The notes beneath the pieces were generated by a model. That model was given only the letters and a program-made list of their open reading frames with translations. It searched no databases and was not told where the DNA came from. From NCBI GenBank assembly GCA_009694135.1, contig SHVS01000008.1, positions 2,716-66,715 of the forward strand: a DNA stretch of 64,000 nucleotides. The letters are read 5' to 3'. The stretch comes from Alphaproteobacteria bacterium. Its GTDB lineage: Bacteria; Pseudomonadota; Alphaproteobacteria; UBA6615. The translations under genes and the position numbers were made by a program. Below are positions 1 to 10,411 of the stretch, piece by piece. The first letter of the stretch is position 1. Every line of letters starts with the position of its first letter.

Positions 1-32
1 CGCGCCACCCAACCTCACTCCTTAGCCGCTCC

Positions 33-518
33 ATGGCGGGCGCGACCCACGCCCTCACGCTTCCCGGACCCGTGGCGACGGCAGCTCTGGCGCAGGCGCT
101 CGCGCCCGCGCTGCACGCCGGCGATCTGCTGGCGCTGTGGGGCGATCTGGGCGTGGGCAAGACCAGCTTCGCCCGCGCGCTGATCACCGCCCGCACCGGC
201 GAGCGCGTGGTGCCCAGCCCGACCTACACGCTGGTGCAGGCCTATGACGGCGCGCCGCCGATCTGGCACCTCGATCTCTATCGCTTGCGCCAGCCGGAAG
301 AGGTGCTCGATCTCGGACTCGATGAAGCGCTTGGCGAGGCGATCGTGCTGATCGAGTGGCCCGAGCGACTGGGCGCGCTGCTCCCGTTCGACCGCCTCGA
401 TCTGCGTTTTGCCTATGCGGGCGCGGCGGAGGAGCGCGACCTCGTGCTCGCGGGGCACGGCGCGTGGGAAGCGCGGCTGGACGCACTGCTGCCCGCTTTG
501 CGCGCGGCGTTAGCGTGA
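33..518 (+). CDS. tsaE: tRNA threonylcarbamoyladenosine biosynthesis ATPase TsaE (YjeE family)
   Basis: 161-aa ORF with P-loop GDLGVGKTS, then SPTYTL and WHLDLYRL motifs typical of TsaE. Its TGA overlaps the GTG of the next gene. Confidence 0.85.
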   Translation: MAGATHALTLPGPVATAALAQALAPALHAGDLLALWGDLGVGKTSFARALITARTGERVVPSPTYTLVQAYDGAPPIWHLDLYRLRQPEEVLDLGLDEALGEAIVLIEWPERLGALLPFDRLDLRFAYAGAAEERDLVLAGHGAWEARLDALLPALRAALA

Positions 519-3508
519 GTCCGACGCTCTATACGATTCCGCCCGAGGCGCCGTTCGCCGCGACATTGGCGGCGGGGCTGCTGCAACGTTTTGGGACGGA
601 GCCCGAGGCGCTGGCGCGCGCCCGCATCCTGCTCCCGACCCGGCGCAGCTGTCTTGCCGTGCGCGATGCGTTCCTCGCCGCGACCGGCGGACGGCCGTTG
701 CTGCTGCCGCGGCTGGTGCCGCTCGGCGATCTCGATGAGGACGCGCTGGCGCTCAGCGAGGCGGGCGGGCTCGATGCGGTTGGCGTTCCCCCGGCGATGA
801 CGCCGCTGCGCCGCCAGCTTTTGTTGACGCGGCTCGTGCTCGGCTGGTCGCGCGCGCGCGGCCGGCGCGAGGGCGCGGGCATGGCGCCCGACCAAGCGGC
901 GCGGCTGGCGGGTGAACTCGCCCGGTTGCTCGATCAGGTCGCGACCGAGCGCGTGAGCTTCGCCGCGCTGGCAACGCTGGTGCCGGCGGAATACGCCGCC
1001 CATTGGCAGATAACGCTTAAGTTCCTGGCGATCCTCAAGCGTCACTGGCCGCGGCTGCTCAAATCCGAAGGCGCGCTCGAAGCCGCCGAGCGGCGCAACC
1101 GGCTGTTGGATGCGCAGGCCGACGCCTGGGAAAAATCGCCGCCCGATTTTCCCGTGATCGCCGCCGGTTCGACCGGAAGCATCCCGGCGACCGCGCGGCT
1201 GATGCATGTGGTCGCGGCGCTGCCGCAAGGCGCGGTGGTTCTGCCCGGACTCGACCTCACGCTCGACGACGGCGCCTGGCAGGCGCTGGCCGAAACGCAT
1301 CCGCAATTCGGCTTGAAGCGTTTGCTGACGCTGCTCGCTGCGACGCGCGCCGATGTGCGCTGCTGGCCGGGATGCGAGTCCGCGCCGGCCGCAAGTCGCC
1401 CCGGCTTGTTACGCGCCGCGCTTAGCCCGGTGACACGCGAGCCGGAGCACGCTCCGCCGCTCGGCGCCGCCGCGATCGACGGCTTGACGCGCATCGATTG
1501 CGCCGATGTGCGCGAGGAAGCCGGCGTCATCGCGCTCGTGCTGCGTCAGGCGTTGGAGCCCGCGGGCGAGCCTGCGCGCACGGCGGCGCTGATCACGCCG
1601 GATCGGGATCTCGCCCGCCGCGTCGCGGTCGAGCTGCGCCGCTGGGGCGTGGCGGTGGACGATTCCGCCGGCGTGCCGCTGGGCGACACTCCGCCCGGCG
1701 TGTTTCTTCGCTTGCTGGCGGAGATGGCGGCAGCGGAGGCCGCGCCGGTGCCGCTTCTGGCCGCGTTGAAACATCCGCTGGCGCAAGGCGGGCTTGCTCC
1801 CGGCCGCTTCCGTGCGCGTGTGCGCGCGCTTGAGCGGCGCGTGTTGCGCGGGCCGCGCCCGGCGCCGGGGTTCGCCGGACTGTTGGCCGCGCTGGAAATC
1901 GCGTCCCGGCATGAATCGCCGGCAGGAGCGCGCGAACGCGCCGAACTGCGCGCTTGGCTCGCCGGCTTGGCGGAAACCGCCGCGCCCTTCATGCAAGCCG
2001 TCGCGAGCGCGGAGGTCACACTGGCGACTCTGGTCGCGCGCCAGCTCGCATTCGCCGAAGCGCTGGCGGCGAATGCCACCGCGCCGGGCGCGGCACAGCT
2101 TTGGGCCGGCGAGGCCGGCGAAGCCGCCGCCCTATTCATGGCCGAGCTGATTGGCAACGATCCGCTCGGCCCGCTTCCCGGCGGCGCCTATCCGCAGCTG
2201 TTCGGCACGCTGTTGCTCGGGCGCGCCGTGCGACCGCGCTACCGAACGCATGCGCGCATCGCGATCCTTGGTCCACTCGAAGCGCGGCTGCTGCGCCACG
2301 ACGTGACCGTGCTCGGCGGTCTGAACGAGGGCATGTGGCCGGGCGAGCCGCCGGTCGATCCGTGGCTCAGCCGCCCGATGCGGCGCGACTTCGGCCTGCC
2401 GGCCGCCGAAGAGCGGATCGGCCAGGCGGCGCATGATTTCATGCAGGCGGCGTCCGCGGGAGTCGTCGTGCTGACGCGTGCCGCGCGGGTCGAAGGCTCG
2501 CCGTCCGTGCCCTCGCGCTGGCTGTTGCGGCTGGAAGCGGCGCTGACCGGCGCGCGGTTGCCGCAACTTGCCGGCGGCCCCTGGCTCGGCTGGCGGCGGG
2601 CGCTCGATCGCGGCTTGCCCAAACTGCCGCAGGCGGAACCGCCGCGTCCCACGCCGCCGCTCGCCGCGCGGCCGCGTCAATTATCGGTCACCGAGATCGA
2701 GACCTGGATGCGCGATCCCTACGCGACTTACGCCAAGCATGTGCTTGGCTTGCGCGTGCTTCCGGCGCTCGACGAGGCGCCCGACCGGGCCGATTACGGC
2801 AGCTTGCTGCACGACACACTCGCTCGGTTCTTGCGCCGCTGCGCGTCCGGCCCGCTGCCGGCGAATGCGCTCGAGCTACTGCTCGCCGACGGCGCGGCCG
2901 AATTCGCCGAAGCGCTGGCGCAGCCGGCGCTGGCTGCGTTCTGGTGGCCGCGCTTCGAGCGCGTGGCGCGCTGGTTCGTCGTAACCGAAACACAGCGCCG
3001 GCCGGAATTGGCGCGCGTCTGGACCGAAATAACCGGCACGCTTGCGTTCGACGCGCCGGGCGGCGCATTCACGCTGACGGCGCGCGCCGATCGGATCGAT
3101 CAGCGCACAGACGGCACGCTGGCGGTGATCGATTACAAGACCGGCGCGGTTCCCAAAACCGGAGACGTCGAACTCGGCTTCGCGCCGCAATTGCCGCTCG
3201 AAGCGGCGATCGCCGCCGCCGGCGGATTTGCGGGCATTCCGGCGCGCCAAGTCGGCGCGCTCGAATATTGGAAGCTTGCCGGCGGCGAAATTGGCGGCGA
3301 GATCTCTCCGGGAACAAAGAACTTTGCGGCAAGTGAGATTGCGCAAGCGGCGTTCGACGGACTGGCGCGGCTGGTGGCGCGCTTCGATGATGCGCGCACC
3401 GGCTATCCCGCGCGGCCGCGCCCGGACTATGCGCCGAACTATTCCGATTACGAGCACCTCGCGCGCGTGAAGGAATGGAGTGCCGGCGATGGAGGCGACG
3501 ACGCATGA
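515..3508 (+). CDS. addB: double-strand break repair protein AddB (alphaproteobacterial type)
   Basis: About 1000-aa ORF directly upstream of addA and overlapping it by 4 nt. It has a C-terminal RecB-type nuclease motif (LAVIDYKTG). I moved the start to GTG 515 (VSPTLYTIPP) because the longer ORF from 356 overlaps tsaE. Confidence 0.85.
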   Translation: MSPTLYTIPPEAPFAATLAAGLLQRFGTEPEALARARILLPTRRSCLAVRDAFLAATGGRPLLLPRLVPLGDLDEDALALSEAGGLDAVGVPPAMTPLRRQLLLTRLVLGWSRARGRREGAGMAPDQAARLAGELARLLDQVATERVSFAALATLVPAEYAAHWQITLKFLAILKRHWPRLLKSEGALEAAERRNRLLDAQADAWEKSPPDFPVIAAGSTGSIPATARLMHVVAALPQGAVVLPGLDLTLDDGAWQALAETHPQFGLKRLLTLLAATRADVRCWPGCESAPAASRPGLLRAALSPVTREPEHAPPLGAAAIDGLTRIDCADVREEAGVIALVLRQALEPAGEPARTAALITPDRDLARRVAVELRRWGVAVDDSAGVPLGDTPPGVFLRLLAEMAAAEAAPVPLLAALKHPLAQGGLAPGRFRARVRALERRVLRGPRPAPGFAGLLAALEIASRHESPAGARERAELRAWLAGLAETAAPFMQAVASAEVTLATLVARQLAFAEALAANATAPGAAQLWAGEAGEAAALFMAELIGNDPLGPLPGGAYPQLFGTLLLGRAVRPRYRTHARIAILGPLEARLLRHDVTVLGGLNEGMWPGEPPVDPWLSRPMRRDFGLPAAEERIGQAAHDFMQAASAGVVVLTRAARVEGSPSVPSRWLLRLEAALTGARLPQLAGGPWLGWRRALDRGLPKLPQAEPPRPTPPLAARPRQLSVTEIETWMRDPYATYAKHVLGLRVLPALDEAPDRADYGSLLHDTLARFLRRCASGPLPANALELLLADGAAEFAEALAQPALAAFWWPRFERVARWFVVTETQRRPELARVWTEITGTLAFDAPGGAFTLTARADRIDQRTDGTLAVIDYKTGAVPKTGDVELGFAPQLPLEAAIAAAGGFAGIPARQVGALEYWKLAGGEIGGEISPGTKNFAASEIAQAAFDGLARLVARFDDARTGYPARPRPDYAPNYSDYEHLARVKEWSAGDGGDDA

Positions 3509-6500
3509 GCGCGCGCCGGCAACTCGAAGAGCAAGCATCGACCGTGCAGCGCCGGGCCGCCGATCCGGGCGTGAGCGCCTGGGTCGCCGCTTCGGCCGGC
3601 AGCGGCAAGACCAAGGTTCTCGCCGACCGTATGCTTCGGCTGTTGCTCGCCGGGGTCGAGGCGACGCGGCTGTTGTGCCTTACCTTCACCAAGGCCGCGG
3701 CGGACGAAATGGCCAATCGGGTGCAGGGGATTCTGGCGCAAGTGGCGACCGAATCCGTGCCGGAGCTCGACCAGCGGTTGCGCGCGCTTCTTGGCCGCGC
3801 GCCAAAGGCTATCGAACGCAGCCGGGCGCGGGCGCTGTTCGCGCGCGTGCTCGATGCGCCCGGCGGGCTCAAGGTGATGACCTTGCACGCCTTCTGCCAG
3901 TCGGTGCTGCGCCGCTTCCCGCTCGAAGCTTCGGTCGCGCCGCATTTCGAGGTCATCGACGAACGCGCGGCGAATGAAGCGCTCGCCGCCGCCAAGCTCG
4001 CGACATTAGTGCGCGCAAGTGGCGGCGATCCGGCGCTGGCATCGGCGCTGGCGGTGATCACGCGCGAATTGGCCGAGGACGGTTTCGATGATTTGATGCA
4101 GGCCCTGGCGCGCGAGCGCGCGCGTCTGCAGCGCTTGTTGCAGGCGACGGGCGGCACGCGCGGCGCGATCGCCCGCACGGCACAGGCGCTTGGGATCGCG
4201 CTGGAGGTGACGCCAGAATCGGTGCTGACCGCCGCCGTGGCGGACGGCGCTTTCGACCGCGCGGCGCTTACGCGCGCTGCCGCGGCGCTGGCCGCCGGCG
4301 GAAAGCGTGACATCGAAAAGGCGGAGCGGATACAGGCCTGGCTGGCGCTCGACGAAGCCGGACGGGCACATGATTTCGACGCATATATCATCGCTTTCCT
4401 CACCAAGGAGCTTGCGCCGCGCGCCGACTTGGCCGGCAAGGCCGTGCTCGCGGTGGCTGGCGTCGAAGCCGCGCTCGCCGCCGAGCAAGCGCGCGTGCTT
4501 GAGGTGCTCGAACGCAAGCGCAAGGCCAAGGTGCTGGAAGCGACAGCGGCGCTGCTCACCCTCGGCGGCGCGCTCTTGGAGGCTTATGCGCGCGGCAAGA
4601 TGGCGCGCGGGCAGCTCGATTACGACGACCTCGTGCTCAAAACGGCGGAGCTGCTCGGCCGGCCGGGTCTTGCCGCCTGGGTGTTGTTCAAGCTCGACGG
4701 CGGGATCGACCATATTCTGATCGACGAGGGCCAGGACACCAATCCGGAGCAATGGCGCGTGGTCGCCGCGCTGGCGGAGGAATTCTTTGTCGGCAAGACC
4801 GCCGGCGACGAGCGGCGCCCCGTGCCGCGCACAGTGTTCGCGGTCGGCGACGTGAAGCAGTCGATCTTCAGTTTCCAGCGCGCCGACCCGGCCGTCTTCG
4901 CCGCGATGCGCGCGCATTTTCGCGCCAAGGTCGAAGCGAGCGGCGGCAATTTCGCCGAGGTGCCGCTCGATTTTTCTTTCCGGTCCACATCCCCGGTGCT
5001 CGATGCGGTCGATCGCGTGTTCGCGCAGCCGCAGGCGCGCCAAGGCGTGATCGCGGGCGATGCGTCGCTCAAGCATCTGGCGACCCGATCCGGCGATGCC
5101 GGACTTGTCGAGCTTTGGCCGCCGCTTCCGCCGCCGCAGCCCGCGCCGCCCGAAGCCTGGGCGCCACCCATCGAGCGTGTCGCCGGCGACAGTCCGGCCG
5201 ATCGCCTGGCGCGGCTGATCGCCAAACGGATCAAGTCCTGGCTCGCCACCGGCGAGATGTTGGATGCGAAGGCGCGCGCGATCCGGCCCGATGACGTGCT
5301 GATCCTGCTGCGTAAACGCAAGCCATTCGCGCCGCTGATGGTGCGCGCGCTGAAAGCGCTCGACATTCCGGTCGCCGGCGTGGACCGCATGGTGTTGACC
5401 GATCAGCTTGCGGTCATGGATTTGATGGCGCTCGGGCAATTCCTGTTATTGCCGGAAGACGATTTGACACTCGCCTGCGTGCTCAAGGGGCCGCTGATCG
5501 GACTCGACGAGGACGCGCTGTTTCGCCTGGCGCATGGGCGCAAATCGACGCTGCTGGCTGCGCTCGCCGAAAAGGCGGCGGAGGAAGAAGTCTTCGCGCG
5601 CGCGCATGACTATCTTTCGTCGCTGCTCGCGCGGGTCGATTTCCAGCGTCCGTACGAGCTTTATGCCGAACTGCTCGGGCGCGGCGGCGAGGCGCGCATG
5701 CTCGCCCGGCTCGGCCCCGACGCCGAAGACCCGCTCGAAGAGTTTTTGTCGCTCGCGCTGGCCTATGAGCGCGCGCACACCCCGTCGTTGCAGGGGTTTC
5801 TCGCCTGGCTCGTAGCCGGCGAGGCCGAGATCAAGCGCGATCTCGACCACGGCGCGGGCGCGGTGCGGGTGATGACCGTGCATGGCGCGAAGGGGCTGCA
5901 GGCGCCGATCGTGTTCCTGCCCGATACGCTTGGCCTGCCTCTGCCGCCCAAGCCGGCGCTGCTGTGGCTCAAGCCGCAGGAGGCGCTGCTGTGGCCGCCG
6001 CGCCGCGGAGATCAAGACGCGGTCGCCGCCGCCGCCTATGACCATGTGCGCGGCGAACAGATCGAAGAATATCGCCGGCTGCTCTATGTCGCGATGACGC
6101 GCGCCGCCGACCGGCTTTATGTGTGCGGCTTCCACAACAAGAAAGGGCCGCAGGCCGGCAATTGGCACGAGTTGATCGCCAGCGGCGTGTCACCCGTGGC
6201 CGAGCGCGTGCCGGCGCCGTGGCTCGATGGCGAAGTCGGGCCGGGTGCGGAGATTCTCCGCCTCGCCCGTCCGCAGACCGTGGAGCCACAGGCGGACACG
6301 CCGTCCGCCACACCGGGCCTGGCGCAGCCGCTGCCCGCCTGGGCGTCTAACAACGCGCCGCCGGATGCGCCGACAGCCGCGCCTTACACGCCGTCGCGGC
6401 CGACCCCATCCGATCTTGAGAGCGACGAGCCGCCGGTCCTGTCGCCGCTCATGGCGCAACGCCGCTTCCGGCGCGGGCTGCTGATCCATCGGCTGCTGGA

Positions 6501-7002
6501 GACCTTGCCGGAGGTGAGCAAGACCCGCCGCGCCGCCGCCTGCCGGCGTTATTTGAGCGCCCCGCTGCATGGACTCGCGCCGGAAGAGCAAGCCGAGATC
6601 GCGACCACCGTGCTTGACCTTTTGGCCGCGCCGAGCCTGGCTGCGCTGTTCGGGCCGGAAAGCCTGGCCGAAGCACCGCTGGCCGGGATCGTCCCGACGC
6701 CATCCGGGCCGGTCGTCGTGTCCGGCCAGGTTGATCGGCTGCATATCGGCCCGCAACAAGTCGTGGTCATCGACTACAAGACCAATCGCCCGCCGCCAGC
6801 CGACGAAGACGGGGTCAGCCGCGTTTACCTGCGCCAGATGGCCGCCTACCGCGCCCTGCTCAGGCTGATTTATCCCGGCAGAACGGTGCGTTGCGCCTTG
6901 CTCTGGACATCGGGCCCGCGGCTGATGTGGCTCGGCGACGCGCGCCTGGACGCGCATGCGCCCGGCCGGGGCGCGGTTGACCTTACCGCCTCCGCTTCCT
7001 AG
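3505..7002 (+). CDS. addA: double-strand break repair helicase AddA (UvrD/Rep family with C-terminal PD-(D/E)XK nuclease)
   Basis: Helicase motif I AASAGSGKTKVL, motif II ILIDEGQDTN, and C-terminal nuclease motif VVVIDYKTN. The ATG at 3505 overlaps the addB stop (ATGA). Confidence 0.9.
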   Translation: MSARRQLEEQASTVQRRAADPGVSAWVAASAGSGKTKVLADRMLRLLLAGVEATRLLCLTFTKAAADEMANRVQGILAQVATESVPELDQRLRALLGRAPKAIERSRARALFARVLDAPGGLKVMTLHAFCQSVLRRFPLEASVAPHFEVIDERAANEALAAAKLATLVRASGGDPALASALAVITRELAEDGFDDLMQALARERARLQRLLQATGGTRGAIARTAQALGIALEVTPESVLTAAVADGAFDRAALTRAAAALAAGGKRDIEKAERIQAWLALDEAGRAHDFDAYIIAFLTKELAPRADLAGKAVLAVAGVEAALAAEQARVLEVLERKRKAKVLEATAALLTLGGALLEAYARGKMARGQLDYDDLVLKTAELLGRPGLAAWVLFKLDGGIDHILIDEGQDTNPEQWRVVAALAEEFFVGKTAGDERRPVPRTVFAVGDVKQSIFSFQRADPAVFAAMRAHFRAKVEASGGNFAEVPLDFSFRSTSPVLDAVDRVFAQPQARQGVIAGDASLKHLATRSGDAGLVELWPPLPPPQPAPPEAWAPPIERVAGDSPADRLARLIAKRIKSWLATGEMLDAKARAIRPDDVLILLRKRKPFAPLMVRALKALDIPVAGVDRMVLTDQLAVMDLMALGQFLLLPEDDLTLACVLKGPLIGLDEDALFRLAHGRKSTLLAALAEKAAEEEVFARAHDYLSSLLARVDFQRPYELYAELLGRGGEARMLARLGPDAEDPLEEFLSLALAYERAHTPSLQGFLAWLVAGEAEIKRDLDHGAGAVRVMTVHGAKGLQAPIVFLPDTLGLPLPPKPALLWLKPQEALLWPPRRGDQDAVAAAAYDHVRGEQIEEYRRLLYVAMTRAADRLYVCGFHNKKGPQAGNWHELIASGVSPVAERVPAPWLDGEVGPGAEILRLARPQTVEPQADTPSATPGLAQPLPAWASNNAPPDAPTAAPYTPSRPTPSDLESDEPPVLSPLMAQRRFRRGLLIHRLLETLPEVSKTRRAAACRRYLSAPLHGLAPEEQAEIATTVLDLLAAPSLAALFGPESLAEAPLAGIVPTPSGPVVVSGQVDRLHIGPQQVVVIDYKTNRPPPADEDGVSRVYLRQMAAYRALLRLIYPGRTVRCALLWTSGPRLMWLGDARLDAHAPGRGAVDLTASAS

Positions 7003-7058
7003 ATTCGGAGCACCCGGCCGCTGCCCGGCCGGCTTCAGCAACCCGGAAGGTCAAGAGT

Positions 7059-7391
7059 ATGAGCTCGATCCCCGTCAGCGACGCCACCTTCGAGGCCGAG
7101 GTGCTGAAAGCCGGCAAGCCGGTCCTGGTGGATTTCTGGGCGGAATGGTGCGGCCCGTGCAAGCAGATCGGCCCGCATCTGGAAGCGCTCGCCGGCGACA
7201 TGAGCGAGAAGCTCACGGTCGCCAAGGTCAATATCGACGATAGCCCGCGCACACCGAGCAAATATGGCGTGCGCGGCATCCCGACCTTGATCCTGTTCAA
7301 GGGCGGTGAAGTCGCCGCGATGCGCGTCGGCTCGATGTCGAAGTCGCAGCTCTATAGCTGGATCGAGTCGGAAGTCTCCGCATCGTCCTAG
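7059..7391 (+). CDS. trxA: thioredoxin
   Basis: 110 aa with the canonical WAEWCGPCK active site and a thioredoxin-length fold. Confidence 0.95.
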   Translation: MSSIPVSDATFEAEVLKAGKPVLVDFWAEWCGPCKQIGPHLEALAGDMSEKLTVAKVNIDDSPRTPSKYGVRGIPTLILFKGGEVAAMRVGSMSKSQLYSWIESEVSASS

Positions 7392-7549
7392 CACGATGCA
7401 AGTGACCGTCGCCGCGCTTCGCATTGCGCTTCGAACGGATCACCGGGTTTGGGCTGGCCGCTGCGCGCAACCCCTGCTTCCACGTCCCCGCCCTTGACGG
7501 CGGGCGACGGGACGTGATGCTGGGCGTCCCATTCGGCCAGCGAGAGTCC

Positions 7550-8899
7550 ATGTCCAAGCGCGTGTTCATCAAGACCTATGGCTGCCAGATGAACGTCTAT
7601 GACAGCGCGCGCATGGAAGATGTGCTCGCGGGCATGGGCTATGCCGCGGTCGCGGAACCCGCCGGGGCCGATCTGGTGGTGCTCAACACCTGCCACATCC
7701 GCGAAAAAGCCGCCGAAAAGGTCTATTCCGAGCTTGGCCGCTTGCGGATGCTGCAGCAGGCGCGGGCCGCGACGGGCGAGCGGATGGTCTTGGCGGTCGC
7801 CGGCTGCGTCGCCCAGGCCGAGGGCGAGGAATTGCGCCGCCGCGCGCCCTTCGTCGATCTGGTGCTCGGGCCGCAGACGTATCACCGGCTGCCGGACATG
7901 TTAGCCAAACTTGGGACGGGCAATGGTGTCGTCGACACCGAGTTCCCGCATGAAACAAAGTTCGATTTCCTGCCCGAGGAAACGCGCCCGTCCGGCGTGG
8001 CGGCGTTCCTCACCGTGCAGGAGGGCTGCGACAAGTTCTGCAGCTTCTGCGTCGTCCCCTATACCCGCGGGGCCGAGGCTTCGCGGCCGGTGGCCGCGGT
8101 GATCGCCGAGGCGACGCGGCTCATCGCCCGCGGGGCGCGCGAGCTCACGCTGCTCGGGCAGAATGTGAACGCCTACCACGGCGCCGACGACAGCGGCGGA
8201 ACGCTCGGCCTCGGCGGGCTGATCCGGCGGCTGGCGGAACTCCCCGGCCTGCTCCGCCTGCGCTATACCACCAGCCACCCGCGCGACATGGCCGAAGACC
8301 TGATTACCGCGCATGCCGAGGTTCCGGCGCTGATGCCCTTCCTGCATCTGCCGGTCCAGTCGGGCGCGGATCGCGTGCTTGCGGCCATGAACCGCCGCCA
8401 TACCGCCGCCGACTACCTGCGGCTGCTCGACCGGCTGCGCGCCGCGCGGCCGGACCTGGCCCTGTCGTCGGATTTCATTGTTGGCTTCCCGGGCGAGACC
8501 GACGCCGACTTTCAAGCGACGCTTTCGCTCGCGCGCGCGGTCGGCTACGCTCAGGCCTACTCGTTTAAGTACAGTCCGCGGCCTGGCACTCCGGCGGCGG
8601 AGGCCTCGCAGGTGCCGGAACAGGTGAAGGACGAGCGACTGGCTGAATTGCAAAGCCTGCTTCTGTCGCAGCAAGCGGCATTCAACGCCGGAAGCATCGG
8701 GCGCGCGCTGCCGGTTTTGTTCGAGCGGCGCGGCCGCTATTCGGGCCAGATGATCGGCCGCACGCCGTATAATCAGGGTGTCCACACCGCCGCCGCGGCC
8801 GAATTCGTCGGCCAGGTGCATGCTGTCCGCTTGCTGCGCGCCGATCGGCAAAGCCTGGCCGGCGCGCTCGTCCTGCCCTCGTCAGAGGTGGCGGCTTGA
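7550..8899 (+). CDS. miaB: tRNA-2-methylthio-N6-dimethylallyladenosine synthase MiaB
   Basis: N-terminal [12 protein letters not shown] motif and radical-SAM [16 protein letters not shown] set the start at ATG 7550 ([12 protein letters not shown]) rather than at the upstream extension. Confidence 0.95.
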   Translation: MSKRVFIKTYGCQMNVYDSARMEDVLAGMGYAAVAEPAGADLVVLNTCHIREKAAEKVYSELGRLRMLQQARAATGERMVLAVAGCVAQAEGEELRRRAPFVDLVLGPQTYHRLPDMLAKLGTGNGVVDTEFPHETKFDFLPEETRPSGVAAFLTVQEGCDKFCSFCVVPYTRGAEASRPVAAVIAEATRLIARGARELTLLGQNVNAYHGADDSGGTLGLGGLIRRLAELPGLLRLRYTTSHPRDMAEDLITAHAEVPALMPFLHLPVQSGADRVLAAMNRRHTAADYLRLLDRLRAARPDLALSSDFIVGFPGETDADFQATLSLARAVGYAQAYSFKYSPRPGTPAAEASQVPEQVKDERLAELQSLLLSQQAAFNAGSIGRALPVLFERRGRYSGQMIGRTPYNQGVHTAAAAEFVGQVHAVRLLRADRQSLAGALVLPSSEVAA

Positions 8900-9900
8900 G
8901 TGGCGACGGGCTGGTCGACGGCAGAGGGGCGGGACCGCGGCCGGCGCAGATGCACTTCGACGACAATAGCCTTCTTCCGGCGCTGTTCGGCCGCCATGAC
9001 GAACATCTGGTCGAGATCGAGCGCATGCTCGACGTCAAGCTGCGCTATCGCGGCAATCGGCTGGAGATCGCGGGGGCCGAGGCCAGCCGCGCGCTCGCCG
9101 ACCGCGCCATCACCAGCCTCTATCGCCAGCTCAAGGAGGGGCGCGAGGTCGTGCCCGCCGACGTGCAAGCCGCGGTGCGCATGGCGGCGGTGAGCGACGA
9201 GCCGCCGGCTCCCGGCCAGGCGATCAGCACCCGCCGGCGGCGCATCACCGCGCGCTCGCCCGGCCAGGCCGGGTATCTCGCCGCGCTCGATCAGCACGAG
9301 CTGGTGTTCGCGCTCGGGCCGGCCGGTTCGGGCAAGACCTATCTCGCCGTCGCCAAAGCGGTCGCGCTGCTGCTCGAAGGCCGCGTCGATCGGATCATTC
9401 TCTCGCGTCCGGCGGTCGAGGCGGGCGAGCGGCTTGGCTTTCTGCCCGGCGATTTGCAGGAGAAGATCAACCCCTATCTGCGCCCGCTGTATGACGCGCT
9501 GTACGACATGCTGCCGGCGGATCAGGTGGCGCGCCGGCTCGCCAGCGGCGAGATCGAGGTCGCGCCGCTCGCCTTCATGCGCGGCCGCACGCTAGCGAAT
9601 GCCTTTGTCATTTTGGACGAGGCGCAGAATACGACGCCGGTGCAGATGAAAATGTTCCTCACCCGGCTGGGCGAAAGTTCACGCATGGCGGTGACCGGCG
9701 ACCTGTCGCAGATCGACCTGCCGCGCGGCGCGCGCTCGGGGCTGCAAGACGCGGTCGAAATCCTCGGCAAGGTCGAAGGCGTCGCTTTTATCCGTTTGAC
9801 CGACGCCGACATGGTGCGCCACCCCTTGGTGACGCGCGTAGTCAAAGCTTATGACGCCTTCGAGGACCCGGCGCGGGGGCGCCCCGATGCCGGCTCGTAA
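8896..9900 (+). CDS. phoH: PhoH-family ATPase (YbeZ-like)
   Basis: Walker [13 protein letters not shown] and ILDEAQNTT. It follows miaB with a TTGA overlap, in the conserved miaB-phoH-ybeY order. An alternative start is the ATG near 8950 (MHFDDN). Confidence 0.88.
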   Translation: MSGDGLVDGRGAGPRPAQMHFDDNSLLPALFGRHDEHLVEIERMLDVKLRYRGNRLEIAGAEASRALADRAITSLYRQLKEGREVVPADVQAAVRMAAVSDEPPAPGQAISTRRRRITARSPGQAGYLAALDQHELVFALGPAGSGKTYLAVAKAVALLLEGRVDRIILSRPAVEAGERLGFLPGDLQEKINPYLRPLYDALYDMLPADQVARRLASGEIEVAPLAFMRGRTLANAFVILDEAQNTTPVQMKMFLTRLGESSRMAVTGDLSQIDLPRGARSGLQDAVEILGKVEGVAFIRLTDADMVRHPLVTRVVKAYDAFEDPARGRPDAGS

Positions 9901-10411
9901 ACCCGCGCATCGGATTTCCGTCCAGATCGAAACGTCTCGCTGGCGAAGTGCCGTGCCGCGCACCGCCCTGCGCGTGTGCCAGGGCGCGCGCGCCGCGTTG
10001 GCGGCGGCCAAATGGCCGCAACCCGTGGCGATCGCCGTGCTGCTTGCCGACGATGCACGGCTGCGCGCGCTCAATCGCGATTTCCGCGGCTTCGACAAAC
10101 CGACCAATGTGCTTGCCTTCCCCGCCGCCGCGGATGCCGAGGTCGATGCCGGCGCGCGCCCGGTCGGCGATATCGCGGTCGCGCTCGAAACCTGCCTGCG
10201 CGAAGCGGCGGCGCAGGGGAAATCGGTCGGCGATCACCTGAGCCATCTGATCGTGCATGCCACGCTGCATCTGCTCGGCCACGACCACCTGAACGCGCGC
10301 GAGGCGGAGGCGATGGAAGCGCTCGAACGCCGCGTGCTGGCCGGGCTTGGCGTCGCCGATCCTTATGCGCCGCCAGCGGCTCCATCGCCGCGCGCCGGAG
10401 CCATGCGATGA
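9887..10411 (+). CDS. ybeY: rRNA maturation endoribonuclease YbeY
   Basis: Zinc motif HATLHLLGHDH. I chose the ATG at 9887, which overlaps the phoH end by 14 nt; the ATG at 9851 is also possible. Confidence 0.88.
   Translation: MPARKPAHRISVQIETSRWRSAVPRTALRVCQGARAALAAAKWPQPVAIAVLLADDARLRALNRDFRGFDKPTNVLAFPAAADAEVDAGARPVGDIAVALETCLREAAAQGKSVGDHLSHLIVHATLHLLGHDHLNAREAEAMEALERRVLAGLGVADPYAPPAAPSPRAGAMR

Noticed and set aside
356-514. N-terminal extensions offered by the ORF track for addB (356), miaB (7424), corC-like (9976), rimP (14937), truB (20751), DUF3501 (42662) and others
   Set aside because: The extensions overlap the preceding well-supported gene or a terminator hairpin and are Arg-rich. 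Conserved sequence begins at downstream starts that give the 1-14 nt overlaps typical of this region.
3069-5439. 496-aa and 477-aa minus-strand ORFs inside addB/addA
   Set aside because: They are antisense shadow ORFs within genes that carry clear helicase and nuclease motifs.
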